The notes below the pieces were generated by a model. It was given only the letters and a program-made list of their open reading frames with translations, did not search any database and was not told where the DNA came from. A DNA stretch of 64,000 nt from Candidatus Gottesmanbacteria bacterium (GTDB lineage: Bacteria > Patescibacteriota > Microgenomatia > UBA10105 > UBA927). Positions within the stretch are counted from its first letter, which is position 1; the number at the start of each line of letters is the position of its first letter. The stretch is taken from positions 25,309 through 89,308 of the forward strand of contig JAHFKN010000004.1 of assembly GCA_023245355.1 (NCBI GenBank), read 5' to 3'. The translations under genes were made by a program, and so were the position numbers. Shown piece after piece: positions 31,101 to 46,100 of the stretch.

Positions 31101-34100
31101 CATTCGTGATATCGACAACTTGTGCGCCTGCCAACACAAGCCGCGCGTTGATACCGTTTACATTTCCTTTTCCGAGCGTTGCCTCCAGACTCTCATACAA
31201 CTTACGCACATCATCAACCATTCGGTTTTGTTGTGCCGTACTAGTACCATACGTCCGCTGTGACTTGACATAAGTTACAAGCGCCTGCGTCACATCCGTT
31301 TCATACCCGAGCGAAGACACTGATACGGGGACAGCTGCGGACGGACCACTCCCGCTATTACTCACGGGAGGCAAGACCAGTATCTCACTGGGCTGTTCCT
31401 GTTGATCAGTGATGACATTGCTGCTTTGCTGCCTGCTCGCAAGATAATCCTGAATCCGTTCTGAATACCCCTTCATGGCAGGAACCTGAGACAGAAGGAG
31501 TGCTAGGGCCAACACACCGCTGACCATTTTAATCGTTACCTGCGCGAATACTTTTTCCAGCGATTCAAATACGCGCCAACCGACTGACTGCAATCCGAAC
31601 AATATGGCAAGAACGGCTGCAATCATTCCCGATATCTGCGGCAGCCGCGTCTGCACCAGTGATCCGTACTGGGGAACCATCATGGCAATCGCCGCAAGGA
31701 ACCCAAGTCCTGCCGCTATCTCAACTGCTATCAGTATGTTATTTCTGGTAAATAATCCGCTGATCTGATCACGAAGCGGTGCTATCTGCTTCCGCGGACC
31801 TGCCGGAACAAGGACGGACGGCAATAAATCTCCGCGCTGCCCCCGTGTTACTGCCGGCGTCTGACCGCGGTCTTTTGCTCCGTATATCGAACCAAGCGCG
31901 GTAATCCATTTCCTCGTATTGTTCCTGATATTTCCTTTGTAAAGGGAAGTATCAATCCCTGTTAATACCGCCGTAACGACGTCGTTGATCTCTTGGGTTT
32001 TGACCTTCTCGCCTCTTGCCAGCCGTTCTACTACTGCGCGGGCCTGTGCATTCCCGGCTATGGCGCCGACAATGATATTGGCAGCGCTGTCGCCGGTAAT
32101 GCGCGTAATCAGTCCGAATGTCCGGGCATCTGCTGTCTCCCGGACCATCGAAGTTACCAACGCTGCCCGCACGGATTCAATAAGCGGAGACACCGGGGCT
32201 CCGGAAAGATGCCGCACTACATTCTGCTGGATAAGCGCCAAATCAGAATAATTATGAACACGGATCTGATCTTCTATCGCAGTATCGACTGCAGACTGGA
32301 CGAATGTTACCCATGCTTCATGCTGACCGACGTATTCCAGCAAACGGTCCTGAATATACACGGCAAATAGAGTCTCCCAATGGTCTTGCGAGATTGCCGC
32401 CGGACGGATCGGATATGCAGTACTTACCTCACGCACAACTCTGTCACGGAATTCCGCGTCATTGCGGTCAATGACACGGCCTTCCGCAACCCACGTGCGC
32501 AAAGCTGCGCGTACCTGCGTACGGATTTCCGCTCCGCGGATTCCCATAAGGTCAGCAAACCCCTTTGTCTCTTCCGGCGTTACGCGGAATAATTCATAAG
32601 CAGCGATGAGTCTGCTCCTTAATGCGGCAATGTCTTCTGTTCTCGCCGGAGATCCGGTATCAAGGGTAGGACTGCGTAATAATTCGGTCAGCAATGCATA
32701 CTCTTCTTCATGTCCGTATGTTGCCGTCCTGTTTGCACCCCTGCCTCTGCTGATAGTTCCGATCCTGTTTTCGATAGCAGTACGGAGAACAATCTGTTCC
32801 TTTCTCAGTGCTTCAAGCTGAGAAGCGAAAATCACATTTGATTCCTCAGTCATCTCCGTACTTTGTAATTCTTCAGGAATTATCTGCGGCTCGGGCGTCT
32901 GCCGTTGTGCCGCCTGCCTGATAATTTCAGGATCTACTCCTACGGTTCTGGCCAATATTGCCGTTAACCGGGTCGCGCGCTCATTGCGTTTTGCCCGTGT
33001 GACCAACCGCTTCATTGTGTCTGACTCCATTACACGGATAAGACGCGGGGTGGCAATGGCGATATGAATTTGCTTATCCTGCGATGTGAATTCCTCCTGA
33101 TGCGATTCTATATAGGCAAGCGCTGCTCCTCCCTGAAGCTTCACTCCCTCAATAGTCGTAATTTGCAGCTGCTGGTCAAGCTGGAATCCGAGCGTCCGTA
33201 TAACAAATAACGCCATTGTCGGATTGGTAACACCAAGAATGCGTACCGGCCTGGTATACCACGGCATGCGTTGAATTTTTTCTATCGCACGGACCAAATC
33301 AACAGTTCCTAAATTGACCGACTGGACATCATATATCGCATTTTGGCTTGCGCTAAACGGCACGAAATGCATCCACATGGGTATCAAAGGAATAATCGAT
33401 TGGGAACTTTTGATACGGCGCGGAATGAATGATATGAGTGATTCAATAAACCTTGGTACACGATCATATAACCGTGATATAACGTCACTTACACGGGATC
33501 GCTCGAAAGCCACTGATCCGGTCCAGTCATAATTAGACCCGGTCATACGTGCATGGATATTTGTGTCTGTTTGGAACAACTCTTCTTCCGTTAGCGACGC
33601 TAACGCTTCGCGATATCTATCTTCAGAAAAGTTCTCGTCCGTTATTCCAAACCGCTCAGCCACTCCGGGCGGCAGCGATTCGATCAGGCGGAAATTTACC
33701 ATCTGCGGCGTTTCATAAAAATCACGCTTACTGTTGTATGGGATACCGAACTCATCGAGAATCGAGCGCGCTGCGTCGCGATTGGCTTTCGTATTTTCAA
33801 GACGGATTATATTCAGGTTCAGCCCGGAAGCGATGCCTGCTCGACGGGCTAAATCAGTCTCCGTACGGGACATTTCGAGCCGAAGAATACGTAATAATTC
33901 TTCCACAACCCGGCTCCTGTCATTTCCTGTTGTAAATATCCGCCCATGTTGTTCAATAAAGTACGTAACTTCATTCAGGGTAGAAACGACAGCATTCGTT
34001 GAAAGATTCCAGAGACGGTTCTCCGAAATCAACCGGAGCCCTGTGGTAAGCAGTACAATCGGGTTTATTTTATCGGTATCCACACCTTCTTTTTCTATAA

Positions 34101-37100
34101 GGGATTCAAGCACCTGAGTGTCTATTCCGAATCGCAGGCTAAGCATCGGAATAACATCTTTGGATTGTAATTTGCTTGTCGCGGTAAACCGTGCAACATC
34201 GGACCGGCTACGGGGAACCGACAGTCCGTTGTTTCCTGATCCCCCATCAACGACAACCGGCACTTCATTGACTGCCGCTTCTTCCTCCCGGATAAGGCTT
34301 CTTCCGTCACTCAACAGTAGTTGCTCAGCCGACTGCACCGGGCTCAGCAGTATGGGATATGAAGTCTTCCCCGTTACCTCAAAAATAGTCCTCACATCAG
34401 ATGCCAATTCCAGCATCCGTTCCTGTGCAGCCATGGGATTTTGCAGGTCGGCCACCAACATGGCAACCGCGTCAGGAAGGGTTATTTCTGGGGGTATGGG
34501 TTCTTCTTCCCTTGGGGGAATACCTGGCGCCGGTGCCCCACCCGCAGGCTGCTCATTCTTTCCGCCCGGCTCCCCCGGTTTTAGAAGCCACAAATAATGA
34601 GCAATATCAGTGATCAATTGTGCGAAATTATCCTCGGAAATACCATACGTTTGTGTGATATGAGCAAGCGTTTCATCGGTCGGTTGCCTGTATTGGACAT
34701 CATTGGGGAATAATTGTTGGAGAAGTTCTGTGGTAATTTGCGCGGCATGGAGTCCACGGAATATCTGCTCTGTTTCTTCTGCACTGCGTACCCATCCGCT
34801 GTTTGCTTCCTCAAGAATTTCCAGCGTCAGCTGCTCCTGCCGTACAACAGCAGGAATCTGAGCAGTCGGATTGACTGTCATGGATATCAGTGTCCGCATA
34901 TATATTGTCAAAAGCGCCCTCACTGCGTCGGGGTTTGCCCGCACCTGAGTAAACTGCCGTTGAATTGCCGCTTGCGCCTCATCCCACCGGGGATTTGTGT
35001 CCAGTTCTTCCTGTAGATCAGTAAGACGCGGCAATACCAACTCCCCGGTAGCTCCCGATATATCGGCAAATACCGCATCGAGCATTGCGTTATCTTTCGT
35101 TGCGTCCAGCCCGAACCGCGCCGCCATTTCATCCATAAGATCCCGGATAGTGCTTTGCGGTGCAGGCGCAGGAGCTTCCAAACTTGCATAAATTTCCGAT
35201 ACCCATGACTCAAGTTCTGTGGTGTTGATTCCTGTTTCCATGATTCCGCCGTCAATAAGCAGCATTCTGATCCTGTCACGGAGCATCGTTTCCCTGTGTT
35301 GTCCGCGTGCTTCTGCAACAAGCCGTTCATCAGACGCTACCCGTGATAACAGGTCATAAAATTCATCAAGTGCAGCGCGGTCCGCAATGACATGCCGTAT
35401 ATACCCGGTAAACCGCTCAGCTTCGAAGCCTACTGTCTCTTCGAGTAACGGGCTCAGGGATTCACGCACAACTCCGATTCCCTGTGCCTCTGTCGTCCAT
35501 GATTCCTCACCGAGCGCACGGACTACGGCAGTAATATCAGTAAGGAGTGCTTGTGCCCGGTACGGATTTCGCATAACCGCACGGATAATATGCGGAGTAA
35601 GCGGAGCAAGTTCCCGTGCATCGGCAAATAATCCCAATAATGTCTCCCACGCAACTTGAACGTGCGGGTCACGCCAGGCTTCCAATACACCCACCGGCGG
35701 CATAACACCTACCAGCATGTCTGTCACGATCGGTGCGATAAGCTGCCGCCACCCATCGGGAATACCGCGCGTTATGGCAAATGTAATACTTCTTCGTCTC
35801 TCATTCATGGCACGTGCTCCGCGTGAGCGCTTCTGCTGCTGTGCCCTGGATAAAGCCAACGCTTCCCTACCCGCCCGTTGACGGATGTTTGTCGCGATAA
35901 ACTCTCTGGGAGCTGCCGGAGGTACACCCTCATCAAACGTCATACCCCACTTTGTCAGTTGGTCCAGGAAATCATTGAGCCGCTCCTCGACAGACTGCAG
36001 CACGTCGTACCTGCCCATTTGGGATCCCGTCCTTCTCGAATACCGTCGCTCAGGCGGAGCAGTTCGGTTATACGCATCAATACCGTTTTCCAGCAATTCC
36101 AACGTACTCTGACCGCCCGTCGTTGTCTGATCTACCGCTGCCGTCCTCTGATTCAGCTGCCCTAAATATGCAACCATCGGATCAAACACCTGCCGGAGAA
36201 TCGGCTCGCTTAATCTGGTATACGTCTCACCCGCTTCGGGACCGGTGTTATCTACACCGGCAATCATATGCTCCATAAGCTGATGGATAGTGCCGACTTT
36301 TACGTTTACCTTGCTGTTCCATGCAGCCAAAAACTTATCCGGACTGATATGAAAGGTGGTAAACCGGTTTAATATAATACCCGTCACGGCATCGGCAAGT
36401 ACCGGTGTACTATCTTCATTGATCCACGTTGTTCTTGCTTCTGCAATCGTCCGCAGTATAAAGTTTTGCAGATCCTGAATTTCACGGCGTAGCTGCCCCG
36501 CCTCCTCAAGGTTCTTATATGTCTCGGTCTCTTCAATTAAACGGATAAATATATCCTCGGGTACAAATATCGGCAATCCCGGATTACGCAATTCCGCTTC
36601 ATACGCCGCGCGCAATATGTCTGCTGCCCTATCCGCTGGGCTCGCTATGATGGCTCTTCGTGCCGATACAAGGGCCCGTAATTGATCCCTGATTTCTTCT
36701 GACTTCGCCTTCGGGAACTCAGTTAACAGCCATGCATCATAGGCCGCACGGGTTTCCTGAACTTTTTGACGAACCTCAGCGGTAACAGTACGGAGTTCGG
36801 AAACATTCTGATTATCTACAGCGTCATACCACTGTTGCGGTACGTCCTGCAGCGTCTTGTGCATATACGATTCCTGGTCGCGTATGATACGAATTGACGC
36901 CTCAATATATTGAATCCGCAATTTACGCTCGAATGATCCAGCCGCCCTCTTCCGTTGTTCTTCCGGCAATATGGTGATTTTCTGTACATCTGCATCAAAC
37001 GCGCTGATAAGCTTTTCTGTCTCATCAATGTTATCTTCTGCGCCAAGCGACAATCCCTGATATCGGCTCCGCAATTTAGAGAGAATCTTATTCCCTGCCT

Positions 37101-40100
37101 GAGTAACTTTTTCCTGCAACTCCGCCCCGTAATGCCCATACTCGCCGCGGGCGATTGCGTCGGCAATCTGCTGCAACCGTGCAGTATCACGGCTCAGCCG
37201 GGCATATACTTCCATATCTGCCACAGTGGACAACTCGTCAAAAAACGCCGTTGCCGCTTCAAATTTTTCCATTGACGATGTATCTGCCCCGGGAACGAGC
37301 GCCTTGAGATCAAACACCGGCTGATCCAACACACTGAAATCTCCGTTCCCGATATTTTCCATAAGACGCTGAGTAATCTGTATGTTCCCCTGCATGTCTG
37401 CTTGTGCAGCATCTGTCAGTGTTTCCGCTTCTGACCGCATGAACTCATCCAATGCTATCAGTGCGTTATACCGGTCCAATCTCCTTTTATAAATCGCGTA
37501 GTCATTTCCTTTACCCATGCCGCTAAACCACGCTTCCGAAAATACCGTTTCTCCCCCAAGCGCAACTCCTGCCGGCTTCTCATCAAATACGCGTTTTGCC
37601 GTCTGTATATACAACGCGTGATACCCCGAGATAGCTGCATGGTCCCGCGGGGAATATTCTTCCGGAGAATAAAACCAGGCGTCCGCATTCTGGTAATATC
37701 CTGAAACTTCCTCAGACATCCACGCTTTAAATGCACCTTGCCCGAATTGACTGTCAAATAGGGTACCGAATGGCGGCACCATTGAGGATCCACCCCGTAG
37801 CAAATAGGTGTACCCTGTGTCTGCTGTAGTTGCCAGACTGTCCAAAATCGCCCGCTCCTCAACACCTGCCTTACGAAGCAAATTAACGGCCTCTAACACA
37901 CGGGCAACACCTGTTCCGTATGCTATGAATTGAGCATCCGGTACGACCAGCTGAGCCAAACCCGACGTAAATGCTTCAATGTACGTTTGTTCCTGCGATT
38001 TATTAATGCTCAGATTTTGCACCTGACGTTCATGAATCATTTCATGAGCCAATGTGTTTACAAGCATTTCAGTGTTATTAAATTGACTTGTCAGCACGAA
38101 ATGACCGCTCAGTTGCTTTGATTGGAAGCCAACCACGTCAGCGGCATCAGCGGTGTCGTATACGATCCCAAGCTTTGCGTCGAGCACGGTAAACGGCACT
38201 GCATACCGTCCGGACCCGAATGCGAACCGGTGCCCCGTCTTGTCTTCAACGGTCTGATTAAGATAATTATGCACGGCAATATTGAGATCAAAATAATTGC
38301 TGAGCGTACCGAACGAAGAAAGGATATCCTGATAACTCAGGCGCATACTTGCAGCCGCAAGATATAATTCATCATCCGTTACTTCCGTAAGCGCTCTGTC
38401 GTCGCGATATACTCCCCCGTTTACCCGTGATTCTATTGACTGCAACAGGGCTGCCTGTAAATTCGTCAGATTAGACAAATCCAAATGACCGCCATCACGG
38501 GTGTTTTTCAGCCGTTGCTTGGCAATACTCGTTTTGTACAGGGTAACAAGACCCTCAACGGTGCGCTTGTTTTCGGCTGCATCCCCGTACATACGGGATA
38601 TATACTCATCAGCAACTTCCCTGAGATTAATTGTCACGCCTAACAGGTGCGCGACTTTAGTCTCCATGTCTTTCTGTATCAGACCGGCACTCCCTATCTC
38701 GGTATTCAGGGTGGTAAATTGGGAAATTTCCGTTTCGGTAAAATCAAATCCGAGCCTGTCATATTCACTCTTCAAACTGCGTAACGCCGTCGCAGTAAGC
38801 ACGCTGTTTTTGTCATACCCGTTCGCACGGATAAAATCAGAAATATGATTGGTAAATTGTGCGTATCGTCCGATAAACCGCCGCACCTCATAATAATCAG
38901 TAGCCGCCTTCCCGAGTTTCACAGACGCCACACTCTTCTCTAACGTGGTGTTCTGGCGTGAGCTTCTGCCCGCTGTTATCCTGTCTATCACGGACTGTAT
39001 TGCCGGGGGAAACTGTTTCTTTTCCGTCGTATCCCCCGCCGGAGCCACAGCTGGTGCTGCCTTTTTAAGTTCTTCTATCTTCTTTTCTGCCTCTAAAATC
39101 TCTTGCTCATACTCCTTGAGCGGGTCATTACCGAGAATTGCATCTGCCGCCAGATTCCACAGATTACGAAGCACGCTTGAGGATTGTCCGGTAATTTCCG
39201 CTTTTATCGCCGTGAGTGTCCGCTCGGCAGATGCAGCATCGGTCATCGTACGTATCAGGGACAAATCCGCTTTGCGCTGCGCGCGGATGAACGCGAACAC
39301 TTCATTTGCCTGCTTTGCGCTCTTACCTGCTAATTCTGCACGCACCGCGTTCATAGCTAACGCCCGTGCAGTCCGCGCATTTTGCCTCGCTCTGTCTGCA
39401 AGAGCTACTTCATCAGGAGCGTCAAAAATGTCAGCTTCTTTGGTATGCACAAGATATCGGACTATATTAAACAGAATCGTATTTACGGGCTTCCCTGCAT
39501 CCTCATGGCCGGATCCCGGCCTATGATTATCTTCATGCTGCTGTATAGCTGACATAATGTCATTGAGATACCCGATAGCAGAATCTGTTTGCCCCACACT
39601 CCTGGCCTGATGGGCCTTTGCAAATAGCGGCATGATGACGTTTTCCACAAAATCAGAACAGTCAGAACAAAGCAGCGGATTGATTTGTGCACTGCTGAGC
39701 ATCTGAGCTTCGACATTTGCACCGAATAAATTCGCGACGAGAGCACCGACATCGGCGCCACCCGAAACTCCGGCCGGTGCTGCCGTATATACCGTAGTGT
39801 AGATAAATTGCGATTCCGACACGGTAACCGGCGTTTTTACCCCCTCAAGATCAATATTCCACGTTGACCTGTTTATACCGTTTCCTCTGACACGTCCTTT
39901 TATCTCAAGCACCGTGCCGTTTGCATTCGTATATTGAGCGATAACGTCAATACCAAGTCCCTGCGCGACACCTGCCGGCAATACTACGCCTGTCAGGGTA
40001 TATCCCGTGAGATCAACTTCAGGCGTTGTTGTCACCGGTGCAGAAGGAACGGGGACCTGGACAATAAGTGTTCCTGCTTCAAATGCTAACCGCTGCTCTT

Positions 40101-43100
40101 CCGTCGCAATCGCCTGCGTCACGCTGTCCAGTAGAGTCGTTGCGGAAATGACGTCGCGGACAAATCCTGCACCCGGCACGACACCTGCCACAAGCGCTTT
40201 TTCAAGCGCTTGTAAGGCGGTAAGATGTTGCTGTTCACGGGCAACAACAGAAGATACAAGATTATTGAAAGCCTGAACAATTGCAGACGTATTTCCCCAC
40301 AGCGCCCTAAGGTCCAGCCGGCCGATAGCCACCCCCTGCCCGCGGATTGTTTCCAAAAACTCATTCATCTGTTTTTGTGCTGCTACCAACTGTGATGCTG
40401 CGTCTGCTTTCTGCTTTCCGGATATATACGCATCTTGTGCTCGGCTCACCATTGCCTCAGCTGCTTTAATATCTTTTTCAATTTCACGGAGCTTTGCTTC
40501 ATAATCAATGACTGCGCCTGACTCTGCATTCGCTTTTGCATTCACGACTGCCTGCAGCGCTGCCTGAGCCGCACTTCTTGCGGTCTGCAACGCTTCGGAT
40601 TGTTTGCGGACGAATTCATTTGCTGCAGCAAGTCTGGCCTGAAGATTTTGTAATTGTTCCTGCTGCTGCGCCGTCAATTGTCGTGACGGTATCGGTTGAG
40701 CACCCTGAGGTCGCCTCCAAAAAGCACTGATCTGATCAAAAACTGAGACAGTAAATGGTGCAAACGTATACGTTTCTGGAGTAAACGTATTTACGACCGG
40801 GGTATCATACCGATAGGAATAAACAGTAGTGTTTATTTCCTCCGTGACCCGTTGTACACCTTGACTGCCAAACGGACTTGTTGCATCCAAAAATACAAAA
40901 TCGCTTCCCTTATACGCCCGGCTTAATTTATCGTCCAGACCCAGCACAGTGCCGTTATTGTATGATTTTGGTGCAGCCGGATTATGACCATGAAGTATAC
41001 GCGGTGCTATCGCATGTGTATTAACATCCGTAACAAAAAGAGACCGATAGTAATCGGACAGCATTTGACTCCCTTGTAGTTGCCCGTGGTGTGTGAGGCT
41101 TCGGAAAAGATTCTCAAGTTGAGTTGTATTCCCCCTCGCTATGATAGCGCTGATATTGGCATTGATCCGCTTTACTACGTCATCAGCGCTCAACCCTAGT
41201 GCCTGTATACGCTCCCTGACGCGCCGCAAATCATTTATATCTACCTCTTCGGAATCACGCAGATCTGCAAACGCAGGTTCCATAAAAATATATTTTGCAT
41301 AGATCGCGCTATCACTATGCTGCATGATGTCACCGCCGCTCCGTAGCGATATCCAATCAAGTGAAGCAAGTAGTTTCCGTAACGACGTGACGTTCTCCCT
41401 AGCCTGACGAACCTCTTCGGGATCTACTCCATTTCGGGCAAATAACCCGCCACCTTCAAACGACGGAGAGTTAGGATCTGATAAAGCTGCCCAGAGAAAT
41501 TGAACTTCATGATTTCCGCCCATGAGCAGCATGTCACCGCCCATACGCCGCGCTTCATCACGAAGGGTTGTGAGACGCCGTAACAACTCTAATCCCGGTT
41601 GGCGTGCATACTGCGCGAAGTATCCGGACTTCAGATATGGCCGTACAGTGAGCCGTCCGTCAATAAACTTAATACCCCGGTCAAAATAATCACCAAGAAA
41701 TGTCATCAAAATACGCGGATCTTTTACGTGCCATTCATGCTGTGCATCTACGGTAATTGCCCCACGTGACAATAACACCTGTTCAACTTGTTCCGGGTCA
41801 GCGTGAACATCTGCTAATATCAACCTATACAAGGCCGCATCTATCTCACTGATAACGACATGTTCTGCTATCGTCTTTTCGTCCCATTTAATCCCTGATA
41901 GTATGGTTGCCGTGACTTTTCCAAGAGACGGAATGATGATATTTCTGCCGAATTCATCGTACACCTGATTAGCTTCCTGATCAGACAAGCCGAGCCGCAC
42001 TAATTGCTCAATCTGATAGCTTCTGAATACCGGAGAGCCGAATCCTTTCGCGAATATTTCCTCCCGAACCCTGCCCTCAAAATCACTCATGAGACTCACC
42101 GGATCTATTTCAGATTGTGCGCGGGCGAATTGCTGCATCTGCACACCGATATTATGAACTGCCAAAGTAAGTTTGGATTGGTATGCTTCACGGAGCTGAG
42201 TATATGCACGTGCGTTTTTCTGCTGAAGTATCGTAGCTTCCTCCTCCTGTGTCGGGGCAGTTACGACCGGACTAACAGGTACCGGCTGTACCGACTCGAT
42301 CTCCAGCGCTATAGCAGCCACCTGCGCATTCGCTGATTCCAGTGCCGCCTGAGCACTCATAACTGCTTCATCAGCTTGTTGTTGTGTTGTAAGCGCCTGC
42401 TGATATGCTTCTTCGGCAACACGTCTCCGTTCTTCAGGATTATCCTCATTCTTTAACGTATTTATTGCATCGAAATCCGCATGTAACGCGGCGAGTTGTT
42501 TTTCTGCATCCAGTACCTCTTTCTGCCGTGAAGCCGCCGTATCTAATAACGTTTGTAATTCACCTTCTAATTGAATTAATTGCTGTTCTTCAGGCATTAT
42601 CGGAGATGTACCTTTTGCGGAAAATGCCGGCCGTGGCGTTACTTGTGCCAGATGATGTGCCCATAATCCCACACGGAGTGTGTCGTAGCCGATGATAAAC
42701 GGCACAAAAAGCGTCACGAGAAATGCAGGAATTATCCCTGCGATACCGATCGCTCCGAACGCCATACCAAGGACTGCTACGATCATCGGGAGCAAAATAA
42801 CACGCGAGACTGCATACCATACGATTCCTCCGAATCCTTTGGTGATACTCGCGTTCAGGAATGAATACAAACCACCCGATTTCGCAAACAGATTTTCAAC
42901 CCCGGTAAGCGCTCTGGGTGAGCTGGCAACGAGTGTTGCGACAAGCCGGGACAGGTCAAATCCGAATACTGCAAGCGCACGCGCTCCCCAGAACGGCCCT
43001 GGGAAAAGAGCGATACCGCGCGATATCCAGAATATCGCCTTATCTGTTCTTGGTGAGGCAGTAATCACGCGGGAGACAAACTGACGGATCGTCGTAGGTT

Positions 43101-46100
43101 GTGTGGTTTGTACCGGTGCAATGAGAGAACCCTGTGTCCATTCGCTTCTCGGAATCCACCAGACGGTCTTTCCGTTCGGAGCAGCCCAAAACTTCTTCCA
43201 TCCGGCTAACCCGTCATCTGCTAACCGCTGCAAGTCATACGCCCAAAGCGGACCCGAAATCGCATGAAGCGGCGGGAAAAATATACCGGCTATAGACAGT
43301 AACGGCCGGGAGATGAGCCATACACGCGCATTATTTCGCGGGGTTGCATTGGTCCACGCTTTCGGAAGTATGAAAAATTCAAACCCTTTCATGTCCCAGT
43401 TGTCCACGCTCTGAATATAGGAGGTGAGGGTAAGTGCGGGCTGATTTCTGTTGGATATTGCCCGCCCGATCCTGTACGTATCCCATGCCAGCCTGATCGG
43501 TGCCGCGGTCACGAGTGACGTCGTCCACTGCACGGTCTGAAGGATTGCCCGGAGCGGATTCCACTGCGGATCACCGATAGCAAACGGCGTTGCATTTACC
43601 ATACTCTCCAGTGTTCCCGTGCGGCTTCCTGCATTGATATTTTTGAGCGTCTGACTGAACTTCGGTGAATTCATGAGCGGCAACGTCCAGTCACCGTGGA
43701 AGAAATTCTGTATGGTCGGCACTGTTAACGCCACATTTGCAGCTCTCACGGCCGCGGCTATCATCCGCGTCGGCGGCTGTAACAGTATGTCGTTAGCCAA
43801 AAACGCAATTCCTATCCATGGCTGACCGATGAAAAACGGCCCGATCCTAGTCGCGCCCCAGACAGCCGCTGCTCCCAATTGCTGCGGCGTGGCCCACTCG
43901 CCTTTTCCGGTAATCAGTCTCGTAAACACCTGACCGAGCAATCCGAACGGATGTGCCCCGAAACTCATATCATATGCCGTACCGATATCCTGCCATTGTG
44001 TCGTTACCGACTGCGGTTGTTGCAAAGACTGAGCGTTCGGAGCAGTCCGTGTTTGGGAATATTGAGGCGCCACTCTTCTGAACGCTAATTGGAATGCCGT
44101 CGGCATACTTACCAATGCCCGGCCGACAGATGTAACACCCGCCCACCTGGCAGCAACCCATTTTGCGCGGCTGGTTGCCGCGATAACACCATTTACGTTC
44201 CGGCGCTGACGCGCAATCCCGTCACGGACAAACCTGCCGGATAAGCCGTCAATTACCTGACTGATAATTCCGTCTGTCCGCTGTCTGTACGAAGTGACAA
44301 GTACGTTCTTATGGGAATCCGTCTGGATATGAACTTTCTCTGCCTGATCAGATACGGCGATATCGCTCCCTACAGCAGCACCTCTGACGACTGCCAAATC
44401 GGTAAATGCCTGTTTTACAGCTGCGTTTGTTATTGCCGGCGTATGCATAACAAACAGAGATTCCATCGCAGCACGCAAATTTTCCCTCGCGGAATCAGCA
44501 AGCGAAAGTACTGTCTGCTGCGGATTACCCGCAAGCGATTCTGAAGACAGGCTGCTTGCTGCCCGGGCTATCGCTTGTTCGTACGCTACAAACGCGGCAA
44601 CTGCCCTGGCATACGCTGAACCCCGCAGTATATCCTCTGTGACCTGAATGCCTGATTTATTGAGCTGTTCGGCAACTTTTTTCTCGGCATCTTTCTTTAA
44701 CGCTTCAGCAATTTGCGGAGATGTCGCCTTACCTAATCGGTCCATTTGGGCCGCAACTTGAGCAAGTTTTGAGTTCAGATTATACAATGGACCAAATTCC
44801 GGCGCGCTAATTGTTTGAACAGTCTGCAATGCGGCAGGACCCGAAGACACATCGATAACGGTTTCTATATTTCCGGTAACGAGCTTCACACTCTTTACGC
44901 CTGCCGGCAACGTAAAGACAGACGTATCATCAATGGTCTGGCTCTGTTCGGATCCGTCAGCGGCATTCCAGACAACACGCGTACCGTTTTCTATCGTATG
45001 TGCGCCGGTTAATGCGCTTTGATCTGTTCCCACGAGGATATCGCCTTTACGGATCGTACCTAAGGTATCCACGGTTTGCGTACGTATCGGTAAGCGTGCT
45101 TTGGCTGCCTCCAATTCAATTTTCGCCCGGGCAAGCTGGGCCGCTGCGACATTTGCCAGCGAGAGAGAAAACGCATCGGAACCGCTGAGTGATCTGCCGC
45201 GGCTTATCTGATCGACCAACGTCTCTGCTCTCCCCAACGAATCCAGAGCAACCTGTTGCCCTACCGGATCAGCAAACGGTGACGCTGCCCTGGTAATTGC
45301 TTCCACACGTTCCTGCGTCGTCACGGCAGCCGTATCCCGGCCCTGACGCGATACGCTGGTTGCTATATCGGATACACGGATATTTTCGTTAATGAGCGCT
45401 GTCCGCTGGTCAACACGGAGGACATTTTGTAAACTCGCACGTGTTTCGGGGGCCGCTGTGTCCGTTATCGCTATGGCGACCCGTTCACCGGAGTTGTACA
45501 TGGTATCGAAATAATACTGCCGCGCCTCCAGACTCAATTGCTTAAATTCCGGCAACTCCTTGATGTGGTTGATAAAATCCCTGGCCCTGCGAGCAGCCTG
45601 ATCGATGGCTTCCGAACCCAGCTGGCTCGATTGCGACAAACTGTCATTGATACCGGCTACTTTGTCATATTCCAACTTCAGCGCCTCGGAAAGAGACATA
45701 GTCTTTCCTTCACGTGTCACCATAAGCGGTGCCCCACCGTTCGTGCGCGCACTGATATCGTTTAGCAGATCAATGCTGTTTTTTACCAAATCATCATACC
45801 CCTGGCGCAAGGCATTCGTCAGTGCGTTTTGTTTGGCGGACAACTCATTGCCCTCAAAAATATCAAGCGCAAACTCTTTGTTTATACGGGCATCGGTATC
45901 GCTTAAAAGATATACGGTGCCGTCTTTTGCTATTTCGCGTGCCCGGCCGATATCCTGCACGACATCGGTCGTAGTTCCGGTGCGTTCACTGGTAAACACA
46001 TACTCCGGATCACCAGATCCTTTCAGAAGTGTTTTCCCGTCAGGACTCATCTGATGCGGTTCAAATACGCCTTTTATGTCCGTGCCTCTCCCGCTCCCCT

